A DNA stretch of 64,000 bases, taken from the NCBI RefSeq assembly GCF_009834535.1, contig NC_045696.1, positions 11,534,001 through 11,598,000 on the forward strand, read 5' to 3'. Each line of letters opens with the position of its first letter. Position 1 is the stretch's first letter. The position numbers were made by a program, and so were the translations under genes. This DNA comes from Camelus ferus (Eukaryota). Under the pieces are notes generated by a model. That model had not been told where the DNA came from. It did no database searches and was given only the letters and a program-made list of their open reading frames with translations. Below, in pieces: positions 25,581 through 39,169 of the stretch.

Positions 25581-26563
25581 GTCTGTCAGGTCCAAATACA
25601 TATATTTATTTATTGTATGCATATAATTATACATATATTTGCCCAGCTTGTTAGATCCTATATCTCAGGAGAGTACTCCTAAATTGACACGCTGTCCTTT
25701 ATCCAACTGTATGTTCCACTTCCCTTCATCCAGTACCTGAGAAGCCAGTTCCTTCTGTTCTTTTTGGACTTCTGCCAGTACATGTTGGCTGGGTCCTGCA
25801 GCTCCTCCAGCAAATGGTTGTATTGCTCCCTTATTCACACCAGCACTCCACCAGTTGTATTATGTTGTGACTTAACCCTAGCTATTGGTCTCCTGGCCAG
25901 GAGGGGAGGTTGGACCAAGAGACAAAGGCCTCTATACCATGCCCAAGCAAGAGGGAGGTGCTAGCCTTTAACAGGGAGATGAGACTATAATGGTAAAGAA
26001 AAGTGCATCCTCCAATGTCAAGATGGGCATGAAAAGTAAAAGAAATGCAAAGGCTAAATGCTATTTTTAGATCAAAAGCATAAAACTTAAAATACAAAGC
26101 AATCCCCAAAGAGAATCTAAGAATATGCACATTTTAGCTTATACAAACAAATCTAAACACACAACAGCAAATTCAGAGTCCAGACTTGTACTAAAACTGT
26201 AATAAAAGATTTCAATGAGGTCTACCTTAATTAAAGTCAAAATTATAGCCTTGTTGGTGATGTGGTACACTGTGCAAAAGAAAACAGGCAGAAAAACAAA
26301 GTTTGGTGAAGGACCAATGGTGTGTCCTCACTTCCAAGAGAATGCTGACGACCACCAAGGAAGAAAAACCCAGGCAGCAAGGTGAAAACAACTTGGTGGA
26401 AATATACTGAGAAACCGCTGGGCTTTTTTTTTTTTTTTCTTTTCGTATTTAATAGTCAGGAAGAAAAAAATGTGAGGAGGTATCATTCCTGAGTGGAGAT
26501 AGTGGAGTATTTCTGTTTTGATTTTCTTATGCTGTCAATACATTTCTGGGCTTCCCGGGATTT

Positions 26564-29500
26564 ATTTTCTTCCAATTTTATTGAGATATAACTGACATAC
26601 ATCACTGTAAAAGTCTAAGGTGTACAGCATAATGATTTGACTTAATTATGAAATGATTATGACAATAGTTTAGTGAACATCCATCACCTCATATAGATGT
26701 AAAATGAAAGAAATAGGAAAAAATTCCTTATGATGAGAATTCAGCATTTATTCTCTTAACAACTTTCATATATAACATACAGCAGTGCTAATTATATTTA
26801 CCATGTTGAGTGTGACAGCTCGAGGGCTTATTTATCTTATAACTGGAAGTTTGTACCTTTTAACTGCCTTCATTCATTTCCCCCTCCCCACCCCCCACCT
26901 CTGGAAACCACAAATCTGATCTCTTTTTCTCTGAGTTTGTTTGTTTTGAAGTATAATTGACCTATAACATGATGTTGGTTCCTGTTACACAGCAGAGTGA
27001 TTTTGGTATTTCTGTACATATCAAAATGATCACCATGATAAGCTTGGTTATGCCACTACACAGATACTACATAGATATTGACTATATTTCCCACACTAAA
27101 CATGGTAGTATATACACCTATATCTGTATCTCTCTGTCTATGTATTTATCTAGCTAGCTAGCTATCCATTCATGTGTGATTATTTGAAGTTGCTGTTCTC
27201 TTAAGTTCAGACTCAATGGTCATGCATTTTCACTCACCCCACCATCCAATGTTTACTGGTTTTGACGTCATATTTTACATCTTTCGGTTTTATGTGTCCC
27301 TTAACTGCTTCTCATGGCTATAGATGATTTTACTGCTTTCGTCTCTTAACCTTCGTACTAGCTTTATACGTGTCTGATTTACTACCTTTATTGTATGCTT
27401 GACTTTACCAATGAGCTTTTTCCTTCTGTAATTTTCATGTTTCTAGTTATGTCTTTTCTTTTATGCTTAGAGAAGTCCCTTTAACATTTCTGGTAAAGCA
27501 GGTTTGGCGATGCTGAACGCTTAGCTCTTGTCTGTAAAGCTTTTGATCTTTCCATCAAATCTGAAGGAGAGCCTTGTTGGGGAGAGCATTCTTGGTTGTA
27601 GGCTTTTTCCCTTTTATCTCTTTAAATATATCATGCCACTCCCCTCTGGCCTGGACAATTTCTGCTGAAAAGTCAGCTGACAGCATCTTGGGGGTTTCCT
27701 TGTATGTTACTTGTTGCTTTCCCCTTTCTGCTTTTAATATTCTCTCTTTATCTTTAATTGTTGCCATTTTAATTACAATGTGTCTTGGTGTGTTCCTCTT
27801 TGGGTTCATCCTGTTTGGGACTCTCTGTGCTTCCTGGACCTGGATGTCTCTTCCTTTCCCAGGTTAGGGAAGTTCTCAGCTATTATGGCCTCAAAAATGT
27901 TCTCTGCCCCTTTCTCTCTCTCTTCTTCTGGAACCCCTATAATATGTTAGTACACTTCATGTTGTCCCAAAGGTCTCTTAAACTGCCCTCATTTCTTTTT
28001 ATTCTTTTTCCTTTTTTTTTTTTTTTCTGTTCAGCAGCAGTGATTTCCACCACTCTTCCAGCTCACTGACCCATTCCTCTGTATCATTTAGTCTCCTGTT
28101 GATTCCTTCCAGTGCATTTTTCATTTCAGTTGTTGTGTTCTTCATCTCTGTTTAGTTCTTCTTTAGATTTTCTACCCCTTTGTTAAAACTTCTAACTTCT
28201 CACTCTGTTCATTCCTCCTTCTCTTGAGCTCTTTGAGCATCTTTCTGATCATTACCTTGAAGTCTCTATTGGGTAGACTGCCTGTGTCCACTTCACTTAG
28301 TTCTTCTTTTGGGGTTTTACCTTGTTCCTTTGTTTAGACTATGTACCTCAGTCACCTCATTTTGCCTAATTTGCTGTTTTTATTTCTATGTATCTCACAG
28401 GTGGGTGATGTTTCCTGACCCTGGATAAGTGGCCTTTTGTAGGATGCCCTATGCATCCCAACAGTGCACTCCCCTCTGATCGATGTATGCTCTAGAGGTG
28501 CCCTCTATGTGGGCTGCATGGGTCCTTCTGTTATAGCAGGCTGACTACTGTGGGTGATCTTGTAGGTATGGCTGGCCCTCAGTCTGGTTGGTTGCCAGGT
28601 CCTGCCTTGTGCAGAGGCTGGTTGATGAGGCCAAGTCACAAAGCTGCTGGCTGCAGGGCCCCGGAGGTCCCAGGGCTGGTGCTGGCCCAATGACGGGCAG
28701 AGCTGAGTTCTGGGGTGGGTGGTTGTGAGGCCAGGGAGCTCAGATCCAGCAGTATAGGCCTGCTGGAGAGTGGGGCCAGTTCCTGACATAGCTGGCTGTG
28801 GGGTCTGGGATGTCCCAAAGCTGGTGTCGGCTTTTTTGGCGAGTAGGGCTGGATCCCGGGCAGCTGGTGGAGGGATCCAAGGTGTCTCAGTGCTGGTATC
28901 AGCCTGCAGGTAGACAGGATCAGGGCCCAGGGGATCCCAGGGCTGGTGCCAGCTCATTGGTGCATGGAGCCAGGTCCTAAGGTCTCTGGCTTCAGGACCC
29001 TGGGGGTCCTGGGAGCCAGGTCGTGGGGCCTCTGGTGGTCAGGGCCACATCTTGAGGCAGCTGTGGGCTCAGAGGGTCTTAGGTCAGCAGGCCTGCTGGT
29101 GGGTGGGGTTGTGTCTCTGCCCAGCTAGTAGGTTGGCCTCCCCTTACTGGTGCAGAAAAGCTGGTGGATGGGGCTGGGTCCGAAAGCCAGAAGGATGATT
29201 TCAGAATGGTGCTTGCCAGCACCAGTGCCCACATGTAGAATGAGCTCCCAGAATAGCTGCCGCCACAGTCTCTGTCTCCCGAGTGAGCTCTGGTGGCCTC
29301 CTGCCTCTCCAGGAGACTCCAAGATCAGCAGGTGGGTCCCACCCAGGCTCCTTTCAGATGACTGCTCTGCCCTGGGTTCCAGGGTGTGTAAGATTGTGTG
29401 TGCACCCTGTAAGAGTGAAGTCTCTATTTCCCATAGCCCTCTAGCTCTCCTGAAAGTAAACCCCATGGGCCTTCGAAGACAAATATTCTGGGATCCCATC

Positions 29501-29823
29501 TTCCCAGTGCAGGATTTTAAGACCAGGGACCCCAGTGTGGGGCTCAGACCCCTCGCTCCTCAGGGACAACCTCTGCCGTTGTAGTAATCCTCCTGTCTGT
29601 GGGTCGCCTACCAGAGAGTGTGGGGCTTGACTACTATACCACGTCTCTGCCCCTCCTACCTGTCTCACTGTGGCTCTTTCTTTATATCTTTAGCTGCAGA
29701 TCTCTTGTGCTAGGCTTCTGGTTTTACTCACCAGGCATTGGCTTGTAAAGAGCTGTAACCTTGGTGCGGTCGTGGGAGGAAGTAAGCTCAAGGTCTTCCT
29801 ACTTCACCATCTTGGCCAGTCCT
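26564..29823 (-). mobile_element. ORF1-only L1 derivative (HAL1-like), apparently full length
   Basis: 5' end ggccaagatggtgaagtaggaag; ~1.45 kb 5' UTR; decayed ORF1 28360-27467 (NPKRNTPRHIVIKM...LSADFSAE...PALPEMLKGLL*); short spacer; L1-type 3' UTR; no ORF2 seen; candidate TSD 26551-26563 / 29824-29836. Confidence 0.75.
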
Positions 29824-30805
29824 CTTCTTGGAATTTTAATTAAGAATAAAAATATCTTAGGGGTATTTTTCACAACTTCTGCAAACTCTAAATAGGATCA
29901 GACAAATCTACTGTAGACCTGAGACCCTGTGTGGGGACTAGGGAAATATCTGGAATTCTTCACCTTCTTGCTCAATGGTGAAAAACTGACAACTTTTCCT
30001 CTAAGTTGCAGTGTCTTATGCCATCCATCATGAATTACGAATACAGACCACCAACAACAGGAGTAAACTTCTTTCTGAAGGATGTTCTGGACCTCGTAAA
30101 AATGACAAGAAATAATACAGATACTCCTATGTGTCCATTGTTATCTTTTAGGCTTCAGACATCCCTAGAGCCCTGTTAACCTCATCCAACTAGGAGACCC
30201 TGCTACAAATGCATAATTCTTGCATAATTCAAGCCCCAAAGCCCTAGCTGATACAGAGTACAAATATAAAAAAAAATGTTCTTGGTCTAAGAAAAACAAA
30301 ATGTGGCCTGAATCCATTAAATGAACTTACATGAGCTAATTTCACATCTGAAAATTTTTTGTTCCTTAATTTTTAAAAGAGATCTTAAACGGTTAGTTAG
30401 TTCATCTTTTTAAAATTCAATTTATATTCCCTTCATGTACAAATTTTCATCTTCTTCCCAGAACCCAGAGAAGCAGCTGGAAGAAAGCGCCAGTATCCCT
30501 AAAGAAGAAGCAAGGGTTTGAGTCCATCACCACATACTGAAGCATGTAAAGCTGTGGCTGGACCAAGATTCAAACTATTTCGAAGAATTCCTCGTGATGC
30601 TAGAGGTCACTTAATTGACACAGGAAGACAACATGTTAAAAGGGCGAGGACTTAGAAAGACTCAGTAAGAAACCCTTACTGAACAAAGATGTCAGTACTG
30701 TTCATTAGAAGCTGGCATCAGTAGTAGTGACAATGTCATTGAAAATGAACTCTGCTACAGGATAGTAATCTGCTGCTGCTGTGAAACAGCCAAAGAAAAT
30801 TACTA

Positions 30806-32742
30806 CAGATCATCTCAATAGATGTAGAAAAAGCATTTGACAGAATTCAACATCTGTTCATGATAAAAAGTCTCAACCACCTGGGTATAGAAGGAACATA
30901 CCTCAACATAATATAGGACATATATGTCCAGCCCACAGATACTGTCATACTCAACAGTGAAAAGCTGAAAACATTTCTTCTAAGATTAGGAACAAGACAA
31001 GGATCCCCACTCTCACCACTTTTATTAAACATAGTACTGGAAGTCCAGAGCAATAAGAAAGAAAAAGAAATAAAAGGCATCCAAATCAGAAAGAGAGAAG
31101 TAAAACTGTCTCTACTTGCAGATGACATGTATATATAGGAAACACTAAAGGCTCCATTAAAAAAAAAAAAACTGTTAGAACTAATAAACAAATTCAGTAA
31201 AGTTGCAGGACATAAAAATCAGTATATAAAAATCAGTTGCATTTCTATACAATAACAATTAAAAAATCAGAAAGATAAATTAAGAAAACAATCCCATTTT
31301 CAGTTTCACCAGAATGAATAAAATACCTAGGAATAAATTTAACCAAGAAGTGAAAGATTTGTAGATTGATAACTACAAGACATTGATGAAAGAAATGAAA
31401 GAAAACATAAATAAATGGAAAGATATCCCATGCTTGTGGACTGGGAGAATTAATATTGTTAAAATGTCCGTAATACCCAAAGCAATCCATAGATTAAAAT
31501 GAAATTCCTCTCAAAACTCCATGGCATTTTTTACAGAAATAGAAAAATAATTCTAAAATTTGTATGGAACCACAAAAGACCCTGAATAGCTCAAATAATC
31601 TTGAGAAAGAAGAACAAAGCTGGAGGCATCACACTCCCTGATTTCAAACTATCTTACAAAACTATAGTAATCAAAACAGTACAATATTGGCATAAAACAG
31701 ACACATTGATCAGTGGAACAGAATAGAGAGCCCAGAAACAAATCTGTGCTTGTATGATCAATTTATAACAAACAGCCAAAAATTTACAGCAGAGGAAGGG
31801 AAGTCTCTTCAATAAATGGTGCTGGAAAAGCTGGACAGCACATGCAAAGAAAGGAAACTGGACCACTCTCTCACACCACAGACAGCAATCAACTCAAAAT
31901 GGATTAAAGACTTGAACATAAAACTGGAAACCATAAAGTTCCTAGAAGAAATCATAGGCAGTACCCACCTTAACATCAGTCTTGACAATTTGTTTTTTAG
32001 ATTTGACATCAAAAGCAAAGGCAACAAAAGCAAAAATAAATAAGTGGGACTACATCAAACTACATCCTTTTTAAAGGAAACCATTAAACAAAATGAAAAG
32101 ACAATCTACAGAATGGGAAAAAAAATCTGCAAATCATACTTCAGCTAAGAGGTTAATAACCAAAATACATAAAGAACTCATACAACTGAATAGCCAAAAT
32201 ATGAACAATCTGATTGTAAAATGAGCAGAGGAACTGAGTAGACATTTTTCCAGAGAAGACATATACAAGGCCAACAGGTACATGAAAAGATAGGCAACAT
32301 CACTAACCATCAGGAAAATGCAAATCAAAACCACAATGAGATATCACCTCACACCTGCTAGGATGGTTGTCATCAAAAAGACAAGAGATCACAAGTGTTG
32401 GCAAGGATATAGAGAAAAGGGAACCCTCCTACACTGTTGGTAGGAATGTAAATTGGTGCAGCCACTACGGAAAGACAGCATGAGGTTCCTCAAAAAATTT
32501 AAAATAGAGCTACCATAGAATCCAGCAATTCCACTTCTGGGTATATATATATCTGAAGGAAATAAAAAGGCTATCTTGAAGAAATATCTGCATCCCCATG
32601 TTCATTGCAGCATTATCTATAATTGCCAAGACATGGAAACAATGGAAGTGTCCATCAACAGATGAATGGATAAATTATATATACATGTGTGTATATATAT
32701 ACACACACATATATACATACACACACTATATATATATACACA

Positions 32743-32799
<57 letters not shown>

Positions 32800-33302
32800 G
32801 AATAGAATATACACACACACATACACACAATGAAATATTAGCCATTAAAAGAAAGAAATCCTGCCATTTGGGACGACACGGATGGAACTTAAGTGAAATA
32901 AGTCAGACAGAGAAAGAAAACACTGTATGATCTCATTCGTGTGGACTCTAAAGAAGCCAAATTCATAGAAACATAGAATAGATTGGTAGTTGCTGGTGGG
33001 AGGTGGCTAAGGTGGTCAAAAGGTACAAATTCTAGTTATAAGATAAGTCAATCTGAGGACGTAATGCACAGTATCATGACTGTAGTTAACAATACTGTAT
33101 TGTATATTTGAAATTTGCTAAGAGACTAGATCCTAAAAATTCTTATTATAAGATAAAAAATTGTAACTATCTAAGGTCATGGATATTAATCAGACTTATT
33201 GTGGTAATTATTTAGCAATATATATCCAAGTATCAAGTCATGTTGTACAATTTAAACTAATACAATATTATATGTTGATTATATCTCAGTAAAAGTTGGG
33301 GG
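30806..33302 (+). mobile_element. 5'-truncated L1 (L1MA-type): RT to 3' UTR, with (TA)n/(CA)n tract at ~32685-32830
   Basis: atcatctcaatagatgtagaaaaagcatttgac (IISIDxEKAFD), acaagacaaggatccccactctcacca (TRQG.PLSP), ttgcagatgacatg (ADDM); exact TSD agaaaattacta at 30794-30805 and 33303-33314. Confidence 0.92.
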
Positions 33303-34199
33303 AGAAAATTACTATGAATCATTTTATTTTTAATAAAAAAAACTGGAAGCCTTTAGCATTTTATTCCACTAATAGCATTTGCCCGAAGAGAGACAAACAG
33401 ATAGATGCATGTTTTTTGCAGGCCAACTTCCCAATACAATGGTAGCAGTTGAACATCACACTGGCTAACCTAAATATTAGGTACCACGAAAGCAACTGAT
33501 TCCTAGAATGTGCAACTTTTAAGCGTGTGGAACTTACAATACAAGCTTAGGGAGAGCTTGATTATATATTGACAATAAATTATAAATGCAGCTACAGACA
33601 CATTACATAATATGATAGGATAGCAAGTTTCTTTACTCTGCACCTTTAGCAAAACTATAAAAGTTAGATTATGTGTCAGTATAACACCCATCATTAATAT
33701 AACTAAAGGTGTGCAAAAAATGAAAGAGACAAGACAGTCCCTAACCAGATGAAAACCCATAGAATACAATCGTGTTCTAAGAGATGAAGTGTCATATCAC
33801 TATCATAAAACTAAAAACTTAAATTTTCTCTTTGTGGACATCTAGGCTCCAGGGTTTTGTTCAAGCAAGTTTGCAAGCCATGTAGCACAAGTAATGAGCT
33901 ACAGGCACGCCTCTCACTCTGCAATTTTCTTTGCTACATAGAACTGAGATGAATTGGTTTGCAGGGGGATTCGATTACTAGGGACACATTTCATTTTCAA
34001 ATCTGAACGTTCCTGTAAAGATGGATATTTTTAGAAAGCCTCCTGATACTTCTTTTCAAAAGCACTACTGACTTGATTGAAATCAAAAAAGCAGAAGTCA
34101 TTAAGATAAACATGTAGAATAGACAAAAAGACATCTACACTTTGTTGTTTTAAAGAAAAGAAATTGAATTTAAAACATGCAAGAAGGATTTTGCTGAAT

Positions 34200-34640
34200 G
34201 TTCAGAAATGAGAAAATCATAATGTATACATAAATGTGAAAGATGTTGAAAATATGTGTATCTTTTGACCCACAATTTTACTTCCAGGAATTTATCCTTA
34301 AAAGAATTCTTAGAAAAGTGTGCAAAGACACGTACACAAATATGTTTATTGCTGCATTTACTCACAGCAAAATACTGGGAAATATCCAATTGCCTAATAC
34401 TAAAGGATCAAATACATAAAATCCGCTACCTCTGAAAATGTGCAACTACACAGCCATATGTGGTGTGGAAGAATATTTGTGGACATGGGGAAGTTTTAAT
34501 ATTAAGTGGAAAATATTATAATGCTAATGGTATAGCATTAATAGTTGAGTAAAAGGGATGTATGTGCATACAGTCCATGCACTGAAAAAATAGAAACATA
34601 CTTTACTAGTGATTATCTGTAGGTAGTGCAATAAGTGTGA
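34200..34640 (+). mobile_element. Old L1 (L1ME-like) 3' fragment
   Basis: tttgacccacaattttacttccaggaatttatcct...tgtttattgctgcatt. Confidence 0.55.
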
Positions 34641-34766
34641 TGTGTATTTTGTTTGGCTTGGGCTTTTCTGTTTACGCCATCAACAAACATGTGTTAATTA
34701 CCTTCTACATGCTAGGAACTGTGTTAGGGGCTGAGCATGTGACATGGTTTGAAAACATTGCCTTAA

Positions 34767-35112
34767 TTTTTTTTTCAGCTGTATTGAGATATATCTGACA
34801 TAGAACATTGTGTAAGTTTAAGGTGTACAACATGATGATTTGATATATGTACATATACAGTGGGATGGTTACTGGAATAAGGTTAGTTAGCACATCCATC
34901 ATCTCACACAGTTATCTTTTGTGTGCTGTGTGTGTTTGGTGAGAACATTTAAGGTGTACCTTCTCAGGCAGCTTTCAAGTATACAAGATAGTGTTGTTAA
35001 CTATGGTCACAACGCTGTGCATTATGTCCTCAGAACTTACTCATTTTATAACTGGAAGTTTGTATGCTCTCGCTACCTTCACACATTTTCCTGCCTCCCT
35101 CCCCCTGATAAC
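34767..35112 (-). mobile_element. L1MA9-like 3' end
   Basis: tattgagatatatctgacatagaacattgtgtaagtttaaggtgtacaacatgatgatttg...ataactggaagtttgta. Confidence 0.75.
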
Positions 35113-35189
35113 TGCCAAGTCTTTTCCCCTGGCTCTCTTAGAAGCTCACGATCTAAAGACTTCCCTTAAATGCTCCCTTGCTGAACTGA

Positions 35190-35498
35190 GTTGCTGTGCT
35201 GTGAGACACTCAAGTCACAGGCAAGGCACACAGAGGTGCTCCTGTCCACGGTCTCAGGTGGAGCCAGCCTTGAGCCAGCCCAGCCAGGCACCAGGCAGGT
35301 CGATGGAGAAGCCCTCTCAGAAGTGGGTCTTCCTGCAGCCTCTGCTGTTTCAGCCCCAGCTTTGAGTCTCGCTAGCTGAGACTAAGGCAGCATGGAGTAG
35401 AAAATACTCATCCCCCATGTAACCTTTCAAATGATTGACTGCTGTCTAACGTCACTAAATTTGGGGTGCTTTGTTACACAGCAAAGATAACCAGAACT
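35190..35498 (+). mobile_element. MaLR (MLT1-type) LTR fragment
   Basis: Ends cactaaatttggggtgctttgttacacagcaaagataaccagaac. Confidence 0.65.
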
Positions 35499-35669
35499 GC
35501 ATGTGATAGTGTCTATAGTAGCAGGCAAAGTAGACAGCAGAGAAGTTATCAAAGAAGATAGTTACAGATGAATGTAATGAAGGAAATGAACAGGCTTATG
35601 GGGGCTTTCTCCAGTGTTTTTTTATTACTATCTGCTGTACTATGTAATCTATTTTACTTATTTATCTTC

Positions 35670-36160
35670 TCTATCATGTTAATAAATGTTCTTCAGAGAA
35701 ACATAACCAATGGGAGTATCTATATCTATATGTGTGTGTGTGTGTCTCTCTCTCCTTCCCCTCTTACCTCTCTCTCTCTCTGTATGTACATAGAGAGAAA
35801 GAGAGATTGATTGATTTTTAAAGAATTGAGTCACATGACTGGGAGGCTGGCAAGTCCCAAATCTGCACAGCAGGCCAGCAGGCTGGAGACCCAGGAAAGA
35901 AGTGATGCTGTAGTCTCAAGTCGTAAGGCAGGTTGGAGGCAGATTCCTTCTTCTAAGACTTCAGTCTTGTCTCTTAAGGTCTCCCACTGACTGGATAAGG
36001 TCTACAGACATGGTGGAGGGTGATCTGCATTACTCGAAGTCTACTATCGTATATGTTAATCCCATCTAAAAAAATACCTTCACAGCAACATCCAGACTGG
36101 TGTTGGACCAAACACTGGGTACCAGGACCTAGCCAGGTAGACACACAAAATGAAACATCG
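35670..36160 (-). mobile_element. ERVL LTR (MLT2-like)
   Basis: ttcttcagagaaacataaccaatggga...aaagaattgagtcacatg...ggaggctggcaagtcccaaatctgca...cctagccaggtagacacacaaaat. Confidence 0.8.
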
Positions 36161-36329
36161 TATCTGTTCTCTGATTCTCACCACTGGAAAGTAACCTCCA
36201 CATGGGCGGGAATTCTCATCTGATTCACGGTTCCAATACACAGAGCAGTGCGTGGCCCATAGCAGTTGTTCATTAAATTTACAGAACCACAAAGTAAGTG
36301 TGTGACTGGACTAGATTGGTCGCTTTATT

Positions 36330-37220
36330 TAAGCAGTCAGGGAAGGCAATATTCGGATGGAGAACTGAAGATTGAGAAGGAGTCATCCACATAAAGCACA
36401 TTTGAGACAGAGAGACCCACAATGCAGAGGTGGGGAGGAGCAGGTTCGCAGAGGGAGGGAATTCACCATGGCTGGAGCCATGGAAACAAGGGGCTGGGCA
36501 ATGAGAGATGATGCTGGTGAGAGAGCAGAAGTCGTGCCACTGGAGTATCGTAGTCAAGGCACCTTTGCACAAATTAGAGAAAGGTGGCCTCTCCCCAGAG
36601 CAGCAGTTCACTCCCTGGAAGGACCCAGAACTGGGATCAGGCTGGACAGCAGCGTCTTGGCCACGTTGGCCAAGAACCCAGAGCAGGACACAAACTGCAC
36701 CCAGTGGCTCCGCTTACAGCTCCCTGGAAGGAGCCTGGGCTTCATTCTGGGACCATGAGGATGACAACTGTTGATCTGCATTTTAGTTACACAACTGGCT
36801 TCTTGGAAAAGGACGGAAGCAGGAAGACCCTAAAAAAGCTCCCATGCAGATGACTGACAACAGGCCCTTGGGCGAGTGGCATGGCCACAGTGTGGCAGGA
36901 GGGGCACAGATTTGATGTCTGTTTTGGAAGTTGGACAGACAGGACCTAATTATGGATTCAGTGTCAGGGTTGGAAGGAAGGAGGAAAGGAGAGTAATGAG
37001 AAAACAGTCATCAGTGGCTCCAAGTTTGGGGCTCAGGCAGCTGGGTGGGTGGGTGCTCCGGTCAAGACAAGCCAGCCCGAAGAGGACTGAGTGTCTGCTG
37101 TGGGGCAGCAGGGGGGTCGGGCACAGGGAAGCAGGAACTCCATCAGACATCCATGGACACACTGAACCTGGGACTCAGAGGAGAAGACTGGATGAGGCTG
37201 TAAGTTTCGGCATCCGCAGC
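36330..37220 (-). mobile_element. Degenerate L2 fragments
   Basis: gcagtcagggaaggc...gaactgaagattgagaagga; gatgtctgttttggaagttggacagacaggac. Confidence 0.5.
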
Positions 37221-38142
37221 ATGTCAACGGACTGCAGCTGTGGGCCTGGGTGGGCTTCTCTAGGGACTGGGATGGAACAGACAAAAGCAGAACAGTCAGG
37301 CCAAGCCCTCCAACTTTTCTGCATGTGCCTCTAATTTCCACGTTTTCTGCACTAAGCATAAAACAAATTTGGATTAGGAGAAAAGAAATAAATATTATCT
37401 TCCAAAAGATAAAAAGCCATCATATCAAGATTCCTTCCATGGGAAACAGATGGCCCACTGGGAAGAGAAATAGAAGCTAATTTAGTGAAGGGAGGATGAT
37501 CCAGTGTGGGTAGTGCTGAGAAACCAGCAGGGAAGGGAAGCCCTCTGAGGCATGGGAGAGCCGAAGCATCCCTCAGCCCTGGGACTGGAGGATCAAGAGG
37601 AGGCAGGAGTGTGGGGCAGCGAACGGCAGCCGTTCCACAAACAGCGCCCAGCAGGGAGGCAGCTGGGAGGATGTGCTCCCATCTCTGTCTCTTTGTCCAC
37701 TCTCAACTCTGCTGTGGCCTCCGGATGCCCAAACCCAGTGGGAGTCCACAAGACCAGGAATCGAGTTGGTGCTGATTGGGACTTAGACCTCTGGGATGCT
37801 CAGGAGGGTGAAGGATGCTAAGGGCACCTGGAGGGACAGTGGGGGTGCAGAGCAGGGCAACCTCCTCCTCTTACCTAACAGAGGAGCGAGTAGTTACAGA
37901 TCCCTGAGCATAAGGGTTTCTGGCATGAGCCAAACACCAGCCTACAGTGTCCCCCCTCTACCTCGCCCTTCAGGACAGCAGAGAAGCTCTCTCAGTGGTC
38001 CCACTGGATCCCCTTTCCCTAGACTTAGGAAGAAGAGAAAGCACCCCTACCTCCCTTTTGAGGTGGAGAGACTCCAAATTCAACAATCTTCTCTAAAGAA
38101 AATCCTCCTCTAGCTTCAACCTTAGTTCTTTTATGCATCCTA

Positions 38143-38607
38143 TTTTTTTAAATTGAAGTACAGTTGATTTACAATGTTGTGTTAGTTTCTGGTGTACAGC
38201 ATAGTTTTTCAGTTATATATATGTATGTATATTTTTTTTCATTCTTTTCCATGATGGTTTATTACAAGATATTGAATATAGTTCCCTGGGTTATGCAGTA
38301 GGGCCTTGTTGTTTATCTATTTTATATATAGTAGTTTATATCTTTTAATACTAAACTCCTAATTTAACCTTCCCCTCACTTTCCCTTTTGGTAACCATAA
38401 GTTTGTTTTCTATGACTGTGAGTCTGTTTCTGTTTTTTAAATTAGTTCCTTTGTATCATATTTTAGATTCCACATGTAAGTGATATCATATGGTGTATGT
38501 TTTTTCTCTTTCTAACTTACTTCACTTAGTATGATAATCTCTAGGTCCATTCATGTTGCTGCAAATGGCATTATTCCATTCTTTTTTATGGCTGAGTAGT
38601 ATTCCAT

Positions 38608-38665
<58 letters not shown>

Positions 38666-38757
38666 CCACAACTTTTTTATCCAGTCATCTGTCGATGAAC
38701 ATTTGGGTTGCTTCCATGTCTTGGTTATTGTAAATACTGCTGCTGTGAACATTGGGG
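38143..38757 (-). mobile_element. Camelid-type L1 3' end containing (GT)n at ~38611-38662
   Basis: ttgaagtacagttgatttacaatgttgtgttagtttctggtgtacagc; minus ORF TPMFTAAVFTITKTWKQPKC; candidate TSD ta(t/c)gca(t/c)ccta at 38132 and 38758. Confidence 0.88.
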
Positions 38758-39169
38758 TACGCACCCTAAATTTTTGAGGGGCTAAGGGTCATAAAACCCT
38801 TCTGCCAATCTTTCATGGCGCTCCCACATAGAGTGGGACATGGCATCTCTTGAGGACTCAGCTAAAATAAGACGAAAACAGTTCAGTTCAGTTCTCATTA
38901 CCTATGTATAGCTGGGAATTTAATATTTGACACAATGGACATTTAAATCAGAAAGGAACCAGACCAGCCATTCAATAAGTTATGATGGGACACATGGTTA
39001 TCAACTAAAGACAAAAATTAAATCCCCATTTCACACCATTAATACAGATAAATTGCATCAGGATTAAGGCACCAGTTTTAAAGTATTAGCTGGAAATAGA
39101 GGATAATATGTTCATCCACATCCTTTTTAAGAGACAAAAAACAAAAACCACACACATTAAAAAAGGACC

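Noticed and set aside
28505..29668. Cluster of 60-150 aa ORFs in GC-rich DNA
   Set aside because: They lie in the 5' UTR of the L1/HAL1-like element and have no recognisable domain.
32685..32830. Long periodic array (CRISPR-like or satellite)
   Set aside because: Simple (TA)n/(CA)n microsatellite inside an L1 3' region; no repeat-spacer structure, and the DNA is eukaryotic.
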